23,690 nt of DNA, taken from assembly GCA_039683575.1 (NCBI GenBank), contig JBDKRC010000157.1, positions 1 through 23,690 of the forward strand, in the 5' to 3' direction. The notes below the pieces were generated by a model that worked only from the letters and a program-made list of their open reading frames with translations, had not been told where the DNA came from and ran no database searches. The translations under genes were made by a program, and so were the position numbers. The DNA is from Armatimonadia bacterium. GTDB lineage: Bacteria; Armatimonadota; Zipacnadia; Zipacnadales; UBA11051. Within the stretch, counting starts at the first letter, position 1, and every line of letters begins with the position of its first letter. Positions 8,101-16,203 of the stretch are shown one piece after another.

Positions 8101-9360
8101 ATGCCCACCACCATGCAACAAATCATCAACGACCTCTGGCTCCTCCCGCGCCACATCGTCAGCGACGCCTACGACGAGGCCCTCCGCCGCCTCAATACCT
8201 ACCTCCCCCTAACCATCCACGAAGTCCCCTCCGGCACCGAATGCTGGACCTGGCGCATCCCCAACAAGTGGCAGGCCAACGAAGCCTGGATCGAGGCCGC
8301 GGACACCGGCGAGCGTCTACTCGACCTCGCCGACCATCCCCTCCACATCCTCTACGGCTCCCTCCCCTTCGATGGCACGGTCTCGCGCGACGAGCTCTTC
8401 CGCCATCTCCGCTGGCAGGACGACCGCCCCGGCGCCATCCCCTTCGACTTCAAGTACTACGAGCGCGACTGGGGCTTCTGCCTGCCCAAGAACGCCCTCA
8501 GCCGCTTCACCGCCGAGCAGTACCGCGTGAAGATTGACGTCGTGGACGAACCCGGCGCCCTCAAGATCGGCGAGCACTTCATCCAGGGCCAGACCGACCG
8601 CTGCGTCGTCATCGTCTCCCACCTCTGCCACCCGGCCATGGTCAACGACGACCTCGCCGGAGTAGCCGTCAGCGCCGACGTCGCCCGCAACCTGCCCGCG
8701 AGCCCCTACTACTCCTACCGCTTCCTGTACCTCCCCGAGACCATCGGCTCGGTCGCCTACCTCTCGCAACACGAGCCCCTCATCCCCACCATGGCCGCGG
8801 GCATCTTCCTAGAGATGCTCGCCACCTCCGGCCCACTCGCCCTGCAGCACTCCTACGAGCACGACGCCCGCATCGACCACGCCGCCACCTACGTCCTGGC
8901 CAAGCACCAGCCAGACCTGCAGGAGGGCGCTTTCCGCACGATCATCGGCAACGACGAGATGGTCTTCGACAGCCCCGGCGTGCGCATCCCGATGATCAGC
9001 CTCTCCCGCTGGCCCTACCCTGAATACCACACGAGCGACGACAACCCGAACGTGGTCGTCCCCGAAAACCTCGTCCACGCCCGCGACGCGGTCCTCGACC
9101 TCATCCGCTACCTCGAGGCTGACTACGTCCCGAAACGCAACTTCCGCGGTCCGCTCTTCCTATCCGGCTATGGTCTGTGGGTGGATTGGCGCGTGAACAG
9201 AAAACTAAACCGCGCCCTGGAGTGGGTAATCAACAATCTCGAGGGGGACTACAGCATCTCAGAGCTAGCCGCCAAAGCGGACATAGACTTCTGGGAACTC
9301 AAACAGTGGCTCGACAAAGCCCTCGCCCAGGGAGTAATAACCAAACACCCGGCCCTCTGA
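8101..9360 (+). CDS. DUF4910 (M28 aminopeptidase-like, DUF2172 plus C-terminal winged helix) protein
   Basis: Motifs PSGTECWTW, YYERDWGFC, HLCHPAMVNDDLAG, YLPETIGSVAYL and YPEYHTSDD. Start at ATG 8101 (or 8113) rather than GTG 8053. Confidence 0.85.
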   Translation: MPTTMQQIINDLWLLPRHIVSDAYDEALRRLNTYLPLTIHEVPSGTECWTWRIPNKWQANEAWIEAADTGERLLDLADHPLHILYGSLPFDGTVSRDELFRHLRWQDDRPGAIPFDFKYYERDWGFCLPKNALSRFTAEQYRVKIDVVDEPGALKIGEHFIQGQTDRCVVIVSHLCHPAMVNDDLAGVAVSADVARNLPASPYYSYRFLYLPETIGSVAYLSQHEPLIPTMAAGIFLEMLATSGPLALQHSYEHDARIDHAATYVLAKHQPDLQEGAFRTIIGNDEMVFDSPGVRIPMISLSRWPYPEYHTSDDNPNVVVPENLVHARDAVLDLIRYLEADYVPKRNFRGPLFLSGYGLWVDWRVNRKLNRALEWVINNLEGDYSISELAAKADIDFWELKQWLDKALAQGVITKHPAL

Positions 9361-9382
9361 TCCCGCGCCTTACCCGTCGGCT

Positions 9383-9447
9383 GTAGGGCCGGGCTTGGCG
9401 ATGTCTGCATCGCAGCTCGCACCCGGCCGGCCGTCATCACCGACCAA
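9383..9447 (+). repeat. GTAG-tagged REP-like hairpin with an internal inserted hairpin and the conserved GCCGTCATCACCGACCAA tail
   Basis: GTAG-GGCCGGG...CCCGGCC encloses GCGATG-TCTG-CATCGC; the tail is shared with the units at 6099 and 6158. Confidence 0.72.
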
Positions 9448-9460
9448 CCTCGCCAGAAAA

Positions 9461-9537
9461 TGGGGACTGACACCACTTTCGCAACCTTCCCTCCCGCTCC
9501 CCACCAAACCCTCACGCGAAAATGGTGTCTGTCCCCA
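9461..9537. mobile_element. MITE/REPIN-like element, second copy of the 6208-6287 family
   Basis: TGGGGACTGACACCACTTTCGC ... GCGAAAATGGTGTCTGTCCCCA; the spacer AACCTT...CAAACCCTCAC is conserved. Confidence 0.7.
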
Positions 9538-9541
9538 CTTT

Positions 9542-9573
9542 CCCGATTCCCCTCACACCCCGATTCCCCTCAC
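9542..9573 (+). repeat. 15-bp direct repeat CCCGATTCCCCTCAC x2
   Basis: Exact copies at 9542-9556 and 9559-9573, just beyond the stop of the C45 gene. Confidence 0.8.
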
Positions 9574-10695
9574 TCAAACCTCATACCTCAAAAACCGGTG
9601 ATCGCAAGGCGATCCCTGCGCCGCCCACATCCGCCCTTTCCCCACCTCCGCCACAAACGATAGCAGCGTAATCAGCGGCCTCTCGCCCTTCGAATGCACA
9701 CACACTCCGCTATCCGTCCGCGGAAAATGCGCCCGCTGCGCCGCATATATCGCCTCCCTGTCCACCACACTCCGCCGCCGCACCACCTCCCGCGCGTGGT
9801 ATGCCCGCGGGTCAGCCGTCCGCTGCTCCGCCTCCGTCAACCCGCCGAACTTCGGGCTATGGTACGAGTTCGCATGCACCACGAACCCCTCCTCACTCCG
9901 CACCACCGCGATCTCCCCCGGCAGCGTCTCCACGCAGCAGACGTCGCCCCCCGCATCCCCCAACGTGTAGTTCAAACAGCACATCCTCCGCACCCGCTTC
10001 AGCAGGGCCAGCGCGTCCTTTGTGCTCTCCTGCGCCAGCAGCATTCGCGTCATGAAGTTGTACGGCACCCCCGGCCCGCCCCACTCCGCCCCGCCCAGGG
10101 GCTCCTTCGCCGTCCGCCGGTATGACAGGAAATTCGCCGCCACAGCCACCTTCTCCGACAGCCCCGGCCGCCCGACCGTCCCCGCAATCGCAAAGCTCAA
10201 AAACGCCGGTCCCGCCGTCGGCTGTCCGTGCAAAAGCACCATGTACGGCTGCCAGAACGTCCACCAGTCCATGTTCCACGCCACCAGCGAGCTCTCGCCA
10301 TACTGCGCCGTAAAGCTCGTGCACCCGTCCGCCCCCTCCAGATCATCCACCGGCCCTTCCGTTACCGTGTTTACCGCCTGCTGCAGCTTGCATCCATGCC
10401 ACGAGTGCAGTTCCGTCGCGCAACTGAGCCGGAACACATCCTCAAAGTCCAGCCCCGCCCCGTCGGCAATGCCCTGCACCTCTTCCAGAAGCTCCGGCGC
10501 CTCCGCCCGCACACACGGCACCGCCTCCTGTGCCACTCGCTTGCCTTCCTCCAGATACTCATCGCGCAGCAGCCACCCGTCAAACTTCCCCGCCAGCCGC
10601 CGGATCAGCCCCCTACAAGCCCGCCCGTGCGCCAGCCCCATCTCATACGGCGATCCAGACATCTCGATCACGGGAAATCTGACTGCCTGTCTCAT
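9574..10695 (-). CDS. Peptidase C45 / acyl-CoA:6-aminopenicillanic acid acyltransferase-like Ntn-hydrolase
   Basis: GSPYEMGLAHG N-terminus; ELLEEVQGIADGAG; autoproteolytic G/CTSF; AWNMDW and VHANSY motifs. GGAGG lies 8 nt before ATG 10695 (alternative ATG 10740). Confidence 0.85.
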   Translation of the reverse strand: MRQAVRFPVIEMSGSPYEMGLAHGRACRGLIRRLAGKFDGWLLRDEYLEEGKRVAQEAVPCVRAEAPELLEEVQGIADGAGLDFEDVFRLSCATELHSWHGCKLQQAVNTVTEGPVDDLEGADGCTSFTAQYGESSLVAWNMDWWTFWQPYMVLLHGQPTAGPAFLSFAIAGTVGRPGLSEKVAVAANFLSYRRTAKEPLGGAEWGGPGVPYNFMTRMLLAQESTKDALALLKRVRRMCCLNYTLGDAGGDVCCVETLPGEIAVVRSEEGFVVHANSYHSPKFGGLTEAEQRTADPRAYHAREVVRRRSVVDREAIYAAQRAHFPRTDSGVCVHSKGERPLITLLSFVAEVGKGRMWAAQGSPCDHRFLRYEV

Positions 10696-10911
10696 TGCAG
10701 TGGCCTCCGGTGACGCCTTGGGTGAATAGGTCTGAGCCATTTCTCCCACGCCGCCCGGCGACACCTGCTTCCGCCACAACAACGATCAGCGCCTGCCTGC
10801 CGCCCCCGTTAGCCTGAACCCCCGGCACCGCCCGCACGTCCGCGACACTACTGGATCATCTACTTCCAGATCATCCTGCCGTCCGCTCTCCTGACCCGGA
10901 GGAATGCCAAG

Positions 10912-11907
10912 ATGGAACCTTCACCCAGGCGCCTCGGCGCTGCAGCCCCGGCTGTGCTAATGACTGTCGGCGGCATCCTGCTCATGCTGGCCGCCGGGGA
11001 TGCCCTCTATCTGCTCACAGGCATGGCACGCGACTTGCGCACCATGTCCACGAAGCTGAACAATCTCGACGCGATGACCACCCAGATCCAGCGTATGAGC
11101 ACGAGTCTCAGCCGCTTCGATGAGACCAACGAGAGACTCACCAGCATGGACTTAAGCACACGCTTCATTCCGGTGCTGGCGGGCGCAGCCACCCGGGCTC
11201 TGGGCGAATCCATCACCACCAACCAGAAGCTTCAACTCGCCAACACCCGTCTCGCGGCCACAAATCTCTACATCCGCACCACGACCGAAAAACTCAACGC
11301 CACCAACGGCAACCTGGCCGGGATGCGGACGGACATCGCCCATGTGGGCGACTCGATGGACAAGATGGCGGTGCAGTTCTCCACCCTCGACGACATGAAA
11401 GCCCTGCTCGCGCAGACTAACTCCGGCCTCGGCAAAACCGTCGCCGGCATTGACCAGATGACCGCCGGCGTCGGCGAAATGAGAGCCGGACTCGAGGACA
11501 TGCGGGCTCAGTTAAAGGGCATGAACGCCCAACTCGCCGTCCTCGCCGAAGTCAGCAGCGGCATCCAGCAGATGCAGACCCGCCTCGAAAGCATGAACTC
11601 GAGTCTCGCCTCGCTGCCGCAAATGCAGGCCGGCTTCGACGAAATGCAGCTGCAGCTTCGCAGCATGAATACCCAACTCGCGGTCTTGCCGCAGATGAAG
11701 ACCAGCCTCGACCAAACCAATGCCACCCTGCAGTCAACCACCGTCGCCCTAAAGCCCCTGGGCGAATCCCTGCCCCTCCTCACCACCTCGATGCAGCAGA
11801 TGAACAAGACCACTGCTGAAATGGCCAAAAGCCTCCGCAAGCTGCCGACCCAGGGCGCTCTGGGCGTCGGTGCCATAGTTGCCGCTGAATTCCTCGCCGG
11901 AGACTAG
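10912..11907 (+). CDS. Membrane-anchored Met-rich long coiled-coil protein of unknown function
   Basis: RBS GGAGG; N-terminal hydrophobic helix; about 270 aa of heptads including 24-aa repeats; hydrophobic C-terminal tail. Confidence 0.75.
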   Translation: MEPSPRRLGAAAPAVLMTVGGILLMLAAGDALYLLTGMARDLRTMSTKLNNLDAMTTQIQRMSTSLSRFDETNERLTSMDLSTRFIPVLAGAATRALGESITTNQKLQLANTRLAATNLYIRTTTEKLNATNGNLAGMRTDIAHVGDSMDKMAVQFSTLDDMKALLAQTNSGLGKTVAGIDQMTAGVGEMRAGLEDMRAQLKGMNAQLAVLAEVSSGIQQMQTRLESMNSSLASLPQMQAGFDEMQLQLRSMNTQLAVLPQMKTSLDQTNATLQSTTVALKPLGESLPLLTTSMQQMNKTTAEMAKSLRKLPTQGALGVGAIVAAEFLAGD

Positions 11908-12029
11908 CCACGATGCCCTCTGACAGCGCTTCACCTCCCGTGGAGCCAGCTCGCTCACCTGGCAGGAGAACGGGGGACGAAGCAGCAATAATCATCTGGC
12001 TCACCTTCCACCAGGGATGAAGCAGCGTC

Positions 12030-12857
12030 ATGGATATCGCCATCGAGGAGATCACCTGCAAATCCGCCCTGACGGGCTCCGGCGGCCACTATCGCCTGAA
12101 CCCCTACGGAGGCTGCGAGCATGCGTGCGTATACTGCTATGCCACGTACCTGACGCGCTGGCGCGGCCAAAGCGGCCCCTGGGGGACCTGGGTGCAGGTG
12201 AAGACCAACGTTGCGCGCGTGCTGGAGAAGGAGTTGAGGCGCAAGCGGGGCATCGAGGTCTTCCTGTCTACCGCTTGCGATGTGTACCAGCCGGTCGAGA
12301 AACAGTACCGCCTAACCCGCCAGTGCCTCTCCGTGCTCGCCCTCGCCGCGCAGCAAGATGAGGGCCCGCATGTCTTCGTGGTGACAAAGTCCGATCTCAT
12401 CCTCCGCGACCTCGACGTGCTTCAGGTCTTCCCCGAAGGCAAGCTCAAGGTCGCCTTCTCGGTCACGACCCACCGCGATGAGGTGGCCGCCATCGTTGAG
12501 CCTCACGCCCCCTCCCCTTCGCGCAGGCTTGCCGCACTCAGGACCCTCACCGCCGCGGGCATACACGCCGGCCTGCTCGTAAGCCCGGTGCTGCCCTACG
12601 TCACCGAACGCGACCTGCCGGAACTCCTCGACGAGGCCGAGCAGGCTGGCTGCCAGTTCATCGGGTTCGACATGCTACACTATCTTGACCGGCACGTCGG
12701 CGCAAAGCTGCGCGAAGCCTACCGCCACCTCGGCCAGGAGGCCCAGGAGCGGCTTGAGCAGGCCCGCGACTCCACCACCTACGAGCCCGAAGTGCGCCAG
12801 TTGATCGCCCGTCTGATGAAGGGCCGGCGCTTCGGCGACCAGACCTGGCGGTCATGA
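12030..12857 (+). CDS. Radical SAM protein of the spore-photoproduct-lyase-like (SplB/Rv2578c-type) family
   Basis: LNPYGGCEHACVYCYA (CxxxCxxC), DVYQPVE, TKSDLILRDLD and EPHAPSPSRRL. Confidence 0.88.
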   Translation: MDIAIEEITCKSALTGSGGHYRLNPYGGCEHACVYCYATYLTRWRGQSGPWGTWVQVKTNVARVLEKELRRKRGIEVFLSTACDVYQPVEKQYRLTRQCLSVLALAAQQDEGPHVFVVTKSDLILRDLDVLQVFPEGKLKVAFSVTTHRDEVAAIVEPHAPSPSRRLAALRTLTAAGIHAGLLVSPVLPYVTERDLPELLDEAEQAGCQFIGFDMLHYLDRHVGAKLREAYRHLGQEAQERLEQARDSTTYEPEVRQLIARLMKGRRFGDQTWRS

Positions 12858-12883
12858 GTCCGGGTCTCACTCCCACCACAAAC

Positions 12884-12916
12884 AAAAATGGCAGCGGCTC
12901 TCGCCGCTGCCAATTT
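12884..12916 (-). terminator. Intrinsic (probably bidirectional) terminator between convergent genes
   Basis: Stem TGGCAGCGGC-tctc-GCCGCTGCCA (12889-12912), followed by TTTTTGTTT on the minus strand and ATTT on the plus strand. Confidence 0.8.
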
Positions 12917-12934
12917 CCTCCATTTGCTCGCCGC

Positions 12935-13660
12935 TCAGGGATCGACTTCAGCAACCTGAACCCCGGCTTGGATCGGGTGCTCAACGATTGTCTCTTTCTC
13001 CACCAGCCCGTCTCGGAAGTGTATTATCCTCTCGGCATGTTGCCCAATGTCAGGCTCGTGGGTCACGATCACCACGGTGCGCCCTTCGCGGTGCAGCCCC
13101 TGCAGGATCGCCATGATCTCTTCGCTCTGCTTCGTCGCGAGGTTCCCGGTCGGCTCGTCCCCCATGATGATCTCGGGGTCGTTCACCAGCGACCGCGCAA
13201 TCGCCACGCGCTGCTGCTGACCGCCCGAAAGCTCCCGCGGCTTGTGCCCCATCCGATCCCCTAAGCCCACCGCCTCCAGAGCCTGCTTCGCCCGCTCCTG
13301 GCGCTCGGCCTTGGTCGGCCGCGTCGGGTTGTACATCATCGGCAATTCTACATTCCGCAGCGCCGTGGCATTTGCCAGCAGGTTGTAGCTCTGGAAGATG
13401 AACCCGATCCGCTGGTTCCGCACCCGCGCCAACTCATACTGATCCATGCCCGACACGTCAATCCCGCCGATCAGGCACTTGCCCGCCGTCGGCCTGTCGA
13501 GACACCCGATCAGGTGCATGAACGTGGACTTGCCGGACCCCGATGGCCCCATCACTGCCACGAACTCACCCTTCTTGATGCTGACGGACACCCCTCGCAG
13601 CGCCTCCACCACCACGTCACCCATCTGGTATGACTTACGGAGGTCAACCGTCTCGATCAT
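12935..13660 (-). CDS. ABC transporter ATP-binding protein (MacB/LolD family)
   Basis: Walker [10 protein letters not shown], signature LSGGQQQRV, Walker [12 protein letters not shown] and H-loop VTHE. Confidence 0.95.
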   Translation of the reverse strand: MIETVDLRKSYQMGDVVVEALRGVSVSIKKGEFVAVMGPSGSGKSTFMHLIGCLDRPTAGKCLIGGIDVSGMDQYELARVRNQRIGFIFQSYNLLANATALRNVELPMMYNPTRPTKAERQERAKQALEAVGLGDRMGHKPRELSGGQQQRVAIARSLVNDPEIIMGDEPTGNLATKQSEEIMAILQGLHREGRTVVIVTHEPDIGQHAERIIHFRDGLVEKETIVEHPIQAGVQVAEVDP

Positions 13661-14949
13661 GGCTGCGCCACCCCCTCTTCACCGGGAAGAGGCAGTGTCG
13701 CCATAGCTCTCTGCAGGCCGATCTCAGCCACCTGGTAAGCAAACCGCGCCCGCACCGCGTCCGCCTGTGCACTCGTCAAAGATTGCCGGGCATCGGTGAC
13801 CTCAATCAGGATTGCCAGCCCCTCGCGGTACTTGACCTCCGCGGCGTTCAGCCGCGCCGTCGCCGCCGTCACCGCCTCCTCAGTAGCCTTGATGCTCTCC
13901 GCCGACCGCTCCAGTTCGAACAGCGCGTCCTGTACCTCCAGCGTCGCCTGGTTGGTCAGCGTCTGCAGTTCGGCCTCGCTGCCGATGACATTGGCTTTCG
14001 CCGCGTCTTCCGCTGCCTTCGTAAACCCGCCATCGGCAAGCGGCCAGGTCAGGCCCGCGGTGAGATCCCATGAGCCCCGGCTATCACTCCAGTCGTCACT
14101 ACTGCCCGCTGCCTGCCCGCCGATTTCCACCACCGGGCCGCGTGCTGCCTTGGCCACTCGCACCCCGGACTTCCGTCCCTGGATCACGGCCCGTTGTGAC
14201 TGCAGGTCTGGTCGCTTCTCAATCGCCGTCGCCACTGCCTCCGCCTGGCTCGGCACCGTTCCCTGCGCACCGATGATCGACGGTGCCAACTGCAGCTCGG
14301 TCGTGTACGGGATACCCATGTCGGCCTTCAGAGCCGCCATCGTCGACTTGACCGTGCTCTGGGCGTCGATCAAGCTCAACCGTGCCTGGGCCAGGTCTTC
14401 ATCCACAGTATGGATCTCAACCGCGGCCACTGTCCCCTGCTCGATTTGCTTCTCCACCTGCTTCCGGTGCTGCTCTGCAGCGTCTACACCGGCCTTCGCC
14501 ACGCCCACAAGCTCTGCCGCCGCCAGAACCGCGTAGTAGTCATCCGCCACCAGCGACGCGACCAACAGCCTCTGATCCGCGTACGACGAGCCCGCGGCGG
14601 ACACGCTCGCCCGGCTCTGCGCCACCGAATCGGATCGCCCGCTGCGCCAGAAGGTCATTCCCAGAATCAGGCTTGCGCCATCGGTGTCCTGGGCAACCCC
14701 GCCTCCCGAGGCTCCCCTGGCCCCTTGCGACGCGTCCAGCGTCAACTGCGGCGAATAGCTGCTCCGCGCCTGCTTCAGCCCGGCGCGCGCTACTGCGATG
14801 CTCTGCTGGGATGAAATCAGTTGAGGATTGTGCTCCAGCGCGATCTTGATGATGTCCTCGACTGTGAGCGGCTGGCTCTGCTCTTGTGCCCATGCCGCTG
14901 ACAGAACCATCGTCAGCGCCAGGACTATGATGCTAGCGTACTTATTCAT
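13657..14949 (-). CDS. TolC-family outer membrane efflux protein
   Basis: Start MNKYASII at 14949 overlaps the permease stop; signal peptide; [17 protein letters not shown]; two OEP repeats ([23 protein letters not shown]). Confidence 0.9.
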   Translation of the reverse strand: MNKYASIIVLALTMVLSAAWAQEQSQPLTVEDIIKIALEHNPQLISSQQSIAVARAGLKQARSSYSPQLTLDASQGARGASGGGVAQDTDGASLILGMTFWRSGRSDSVAQSRASVSAAGSSYADQRLLVASLVADDYYAVLAAAELVGVAKAGVDAAEQHRKQVEKQIEQGTVAAVEIHTVDEDLAQARLSLIDAQSTVKSTMAALKADMGIPYTTELQLAPSIIGAQGTVPSQAEAVATAIEKRPDLQSQRAVIQGRKSGVRVAKAARGPVVEIGGQAAGSSDDWSDSRGSWDLTAGLTWPLADGGFTKAAEDAAKANVIGSEAELQTLTNQATLEVQDALFELERSAESIKATEEAVTAATARLNAAEVKYREGLAILIEVTDARQSLTSAQADAVRARFAYQVAEIGLQRAMATLPLPGEEGVAQP

Positions 14950-16174
14950 ATCGCAACGACTCCACTGGATCGAGATCAGCGGCCTTCCGCGCCGGCAGCA
15001 GACCGAAAACAATGCCTACGGCGGCTGCAAAGCCGAAGGACAGGAAAACCCACGGAACTTGGACTGCGCTGTTCAGGCCGAACAGCCGCACGACATAGGC
15101 GGTGCCAATCCCAAACCTGACACCGAGAACGCCTCCGGCGAGGCTCAGAGTCATGGACTCAATCAGGAACTGCAGCATGATGTCCCGCGGCGTGGCCCCC
15201 AGCGCCTTGCGCAAGCCGATCTCCCGCGTGCGCTCGGTCACCGACACCAGCATGATGTTCATGATGCCGATGCCGCCCACCAGTAGCGACACGATGGCGA
15301 TAGAGGAAAACAACAGCGTCATGATCTGATTGGTCGCTTCAGCGCTCTGAACGAGATCGGCCGCCGCGAAGATGCGGAAGTCGTTGTCCTCGGTCGCCTT
15401 GAGCTTGTGCCGCTCGCGTAGCAGCGCCTGCACCTCGGTCCGCACCCGGTCGGCCTGCGACATCTCCGCCGCCAGCACCGTGATACCATTGACCGTGTTC
15501 TTGGTGGTCGAGCCACTGGTGGCGCCGATCACGCGGGAAATGGCGGTGTTGAGGGGCACGTAGATGGTGTCGTCCGGATCAAAAGGCCCTGTCGCCCCCT
15601 TGGCCTTTGTGACGCCGATGATCGAGAACGTGAGGCCCTTGATGCGCACCTTCTCGCCCACCACATACTCGCCCTTGCCAAACAAGTTCTCCACGACCGT
15701 TGGGCCCAGCACCGCAACCTTCCGGCGCCGCCTGTTCTCATCGGCCGTGAAGAACTGCCCCTGCGCCAGCGTGACCTTTCCCACTTCTGGGTAATTCTCG
15801 GTCGTGCCCTGGATGCTCGTGCTGGTGTTGTTGTTGCCGGCCTTAACCTGGGCCTTGGTGCTGACTTCTGGCGACACCGCGGTGGCGCCACGCACTTCCT
15901 TGCCGATGGCCTCGGCATCGTCAACAGTCAGCGTGGCCGCCGACCCCATGCCACCACCGACCGGCCCCCGCCCCTGCCCCGGCATGATGCGCAACGTATT
16001 TGTCCCCATGGCCTCAAACCGGGCCAACGTCGCCGCTTTGGCGCCGGCAGTCAGGGATACCGCCCCGATTACCGCGCCAACTCCGAAGATGATCCCCAGC
16101 ATCGTCAGCGCCGAGCGCAGACGGTTCGCCAGGATTGCCTCGAAACAGAGTTGTACCGCTTCCCAGACCGACAT
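14942..16174 (-). CDS. ABC transporter permease (MacB/FtsX family)
   Basis: NRLRSALTMLGIIFGV, periplasmic core, SLLVGGIGIMNIMLVSVTERTREIGLRKALGA and [17 protein letters not shown]. Confidence 0.95.
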   Translation of the reverse strand: MSVWEAVQLCFEAILANRLRSALTMLGIIFGVGAVIGAVSLTAGAKAATLARFEAMGTNTLRIMPGQGRGPVGGGMGSAATLTVDDAEAIGKEVRGATAVSPEVSTKAQVKAGNNNTSTSIQGTTENYPEVGKVTLAQGQFFTADENRRRRKVAVLGPTVVENLFGKGEYVVGEKVRIKGLTFSIIGVTKAKGATGPFDPDDTIYVPLNTAISRVIGATSGSTTKNTVNGITVLAAEMSQADRVRTEVQALLRERHKLKATEDNDFRIFAAADLVQSAEATNQIMTLLFSSIAIVSLLVGGIGIMNIMLVSVTERTREIGLRKALGATPRDIMLQFLIESMTLSLAGGVLGVRFGIGTAYVVRLFGLNSAVQVPWVFLSFGFAAAVGIVFGLLPARKAADLDPVESLRYE

Positions 16175-16203
16175 TACGGCCGCTCCTTAATCATACCGCG
16201 CTA

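Noticed and set aside
10912..11907. Methyl-accepting chemotaxis protein call
   Set aside because: It lacks the conserved MCP signalling-tip motif (LLALNAAIEAARAGE.GRGFAVVA).
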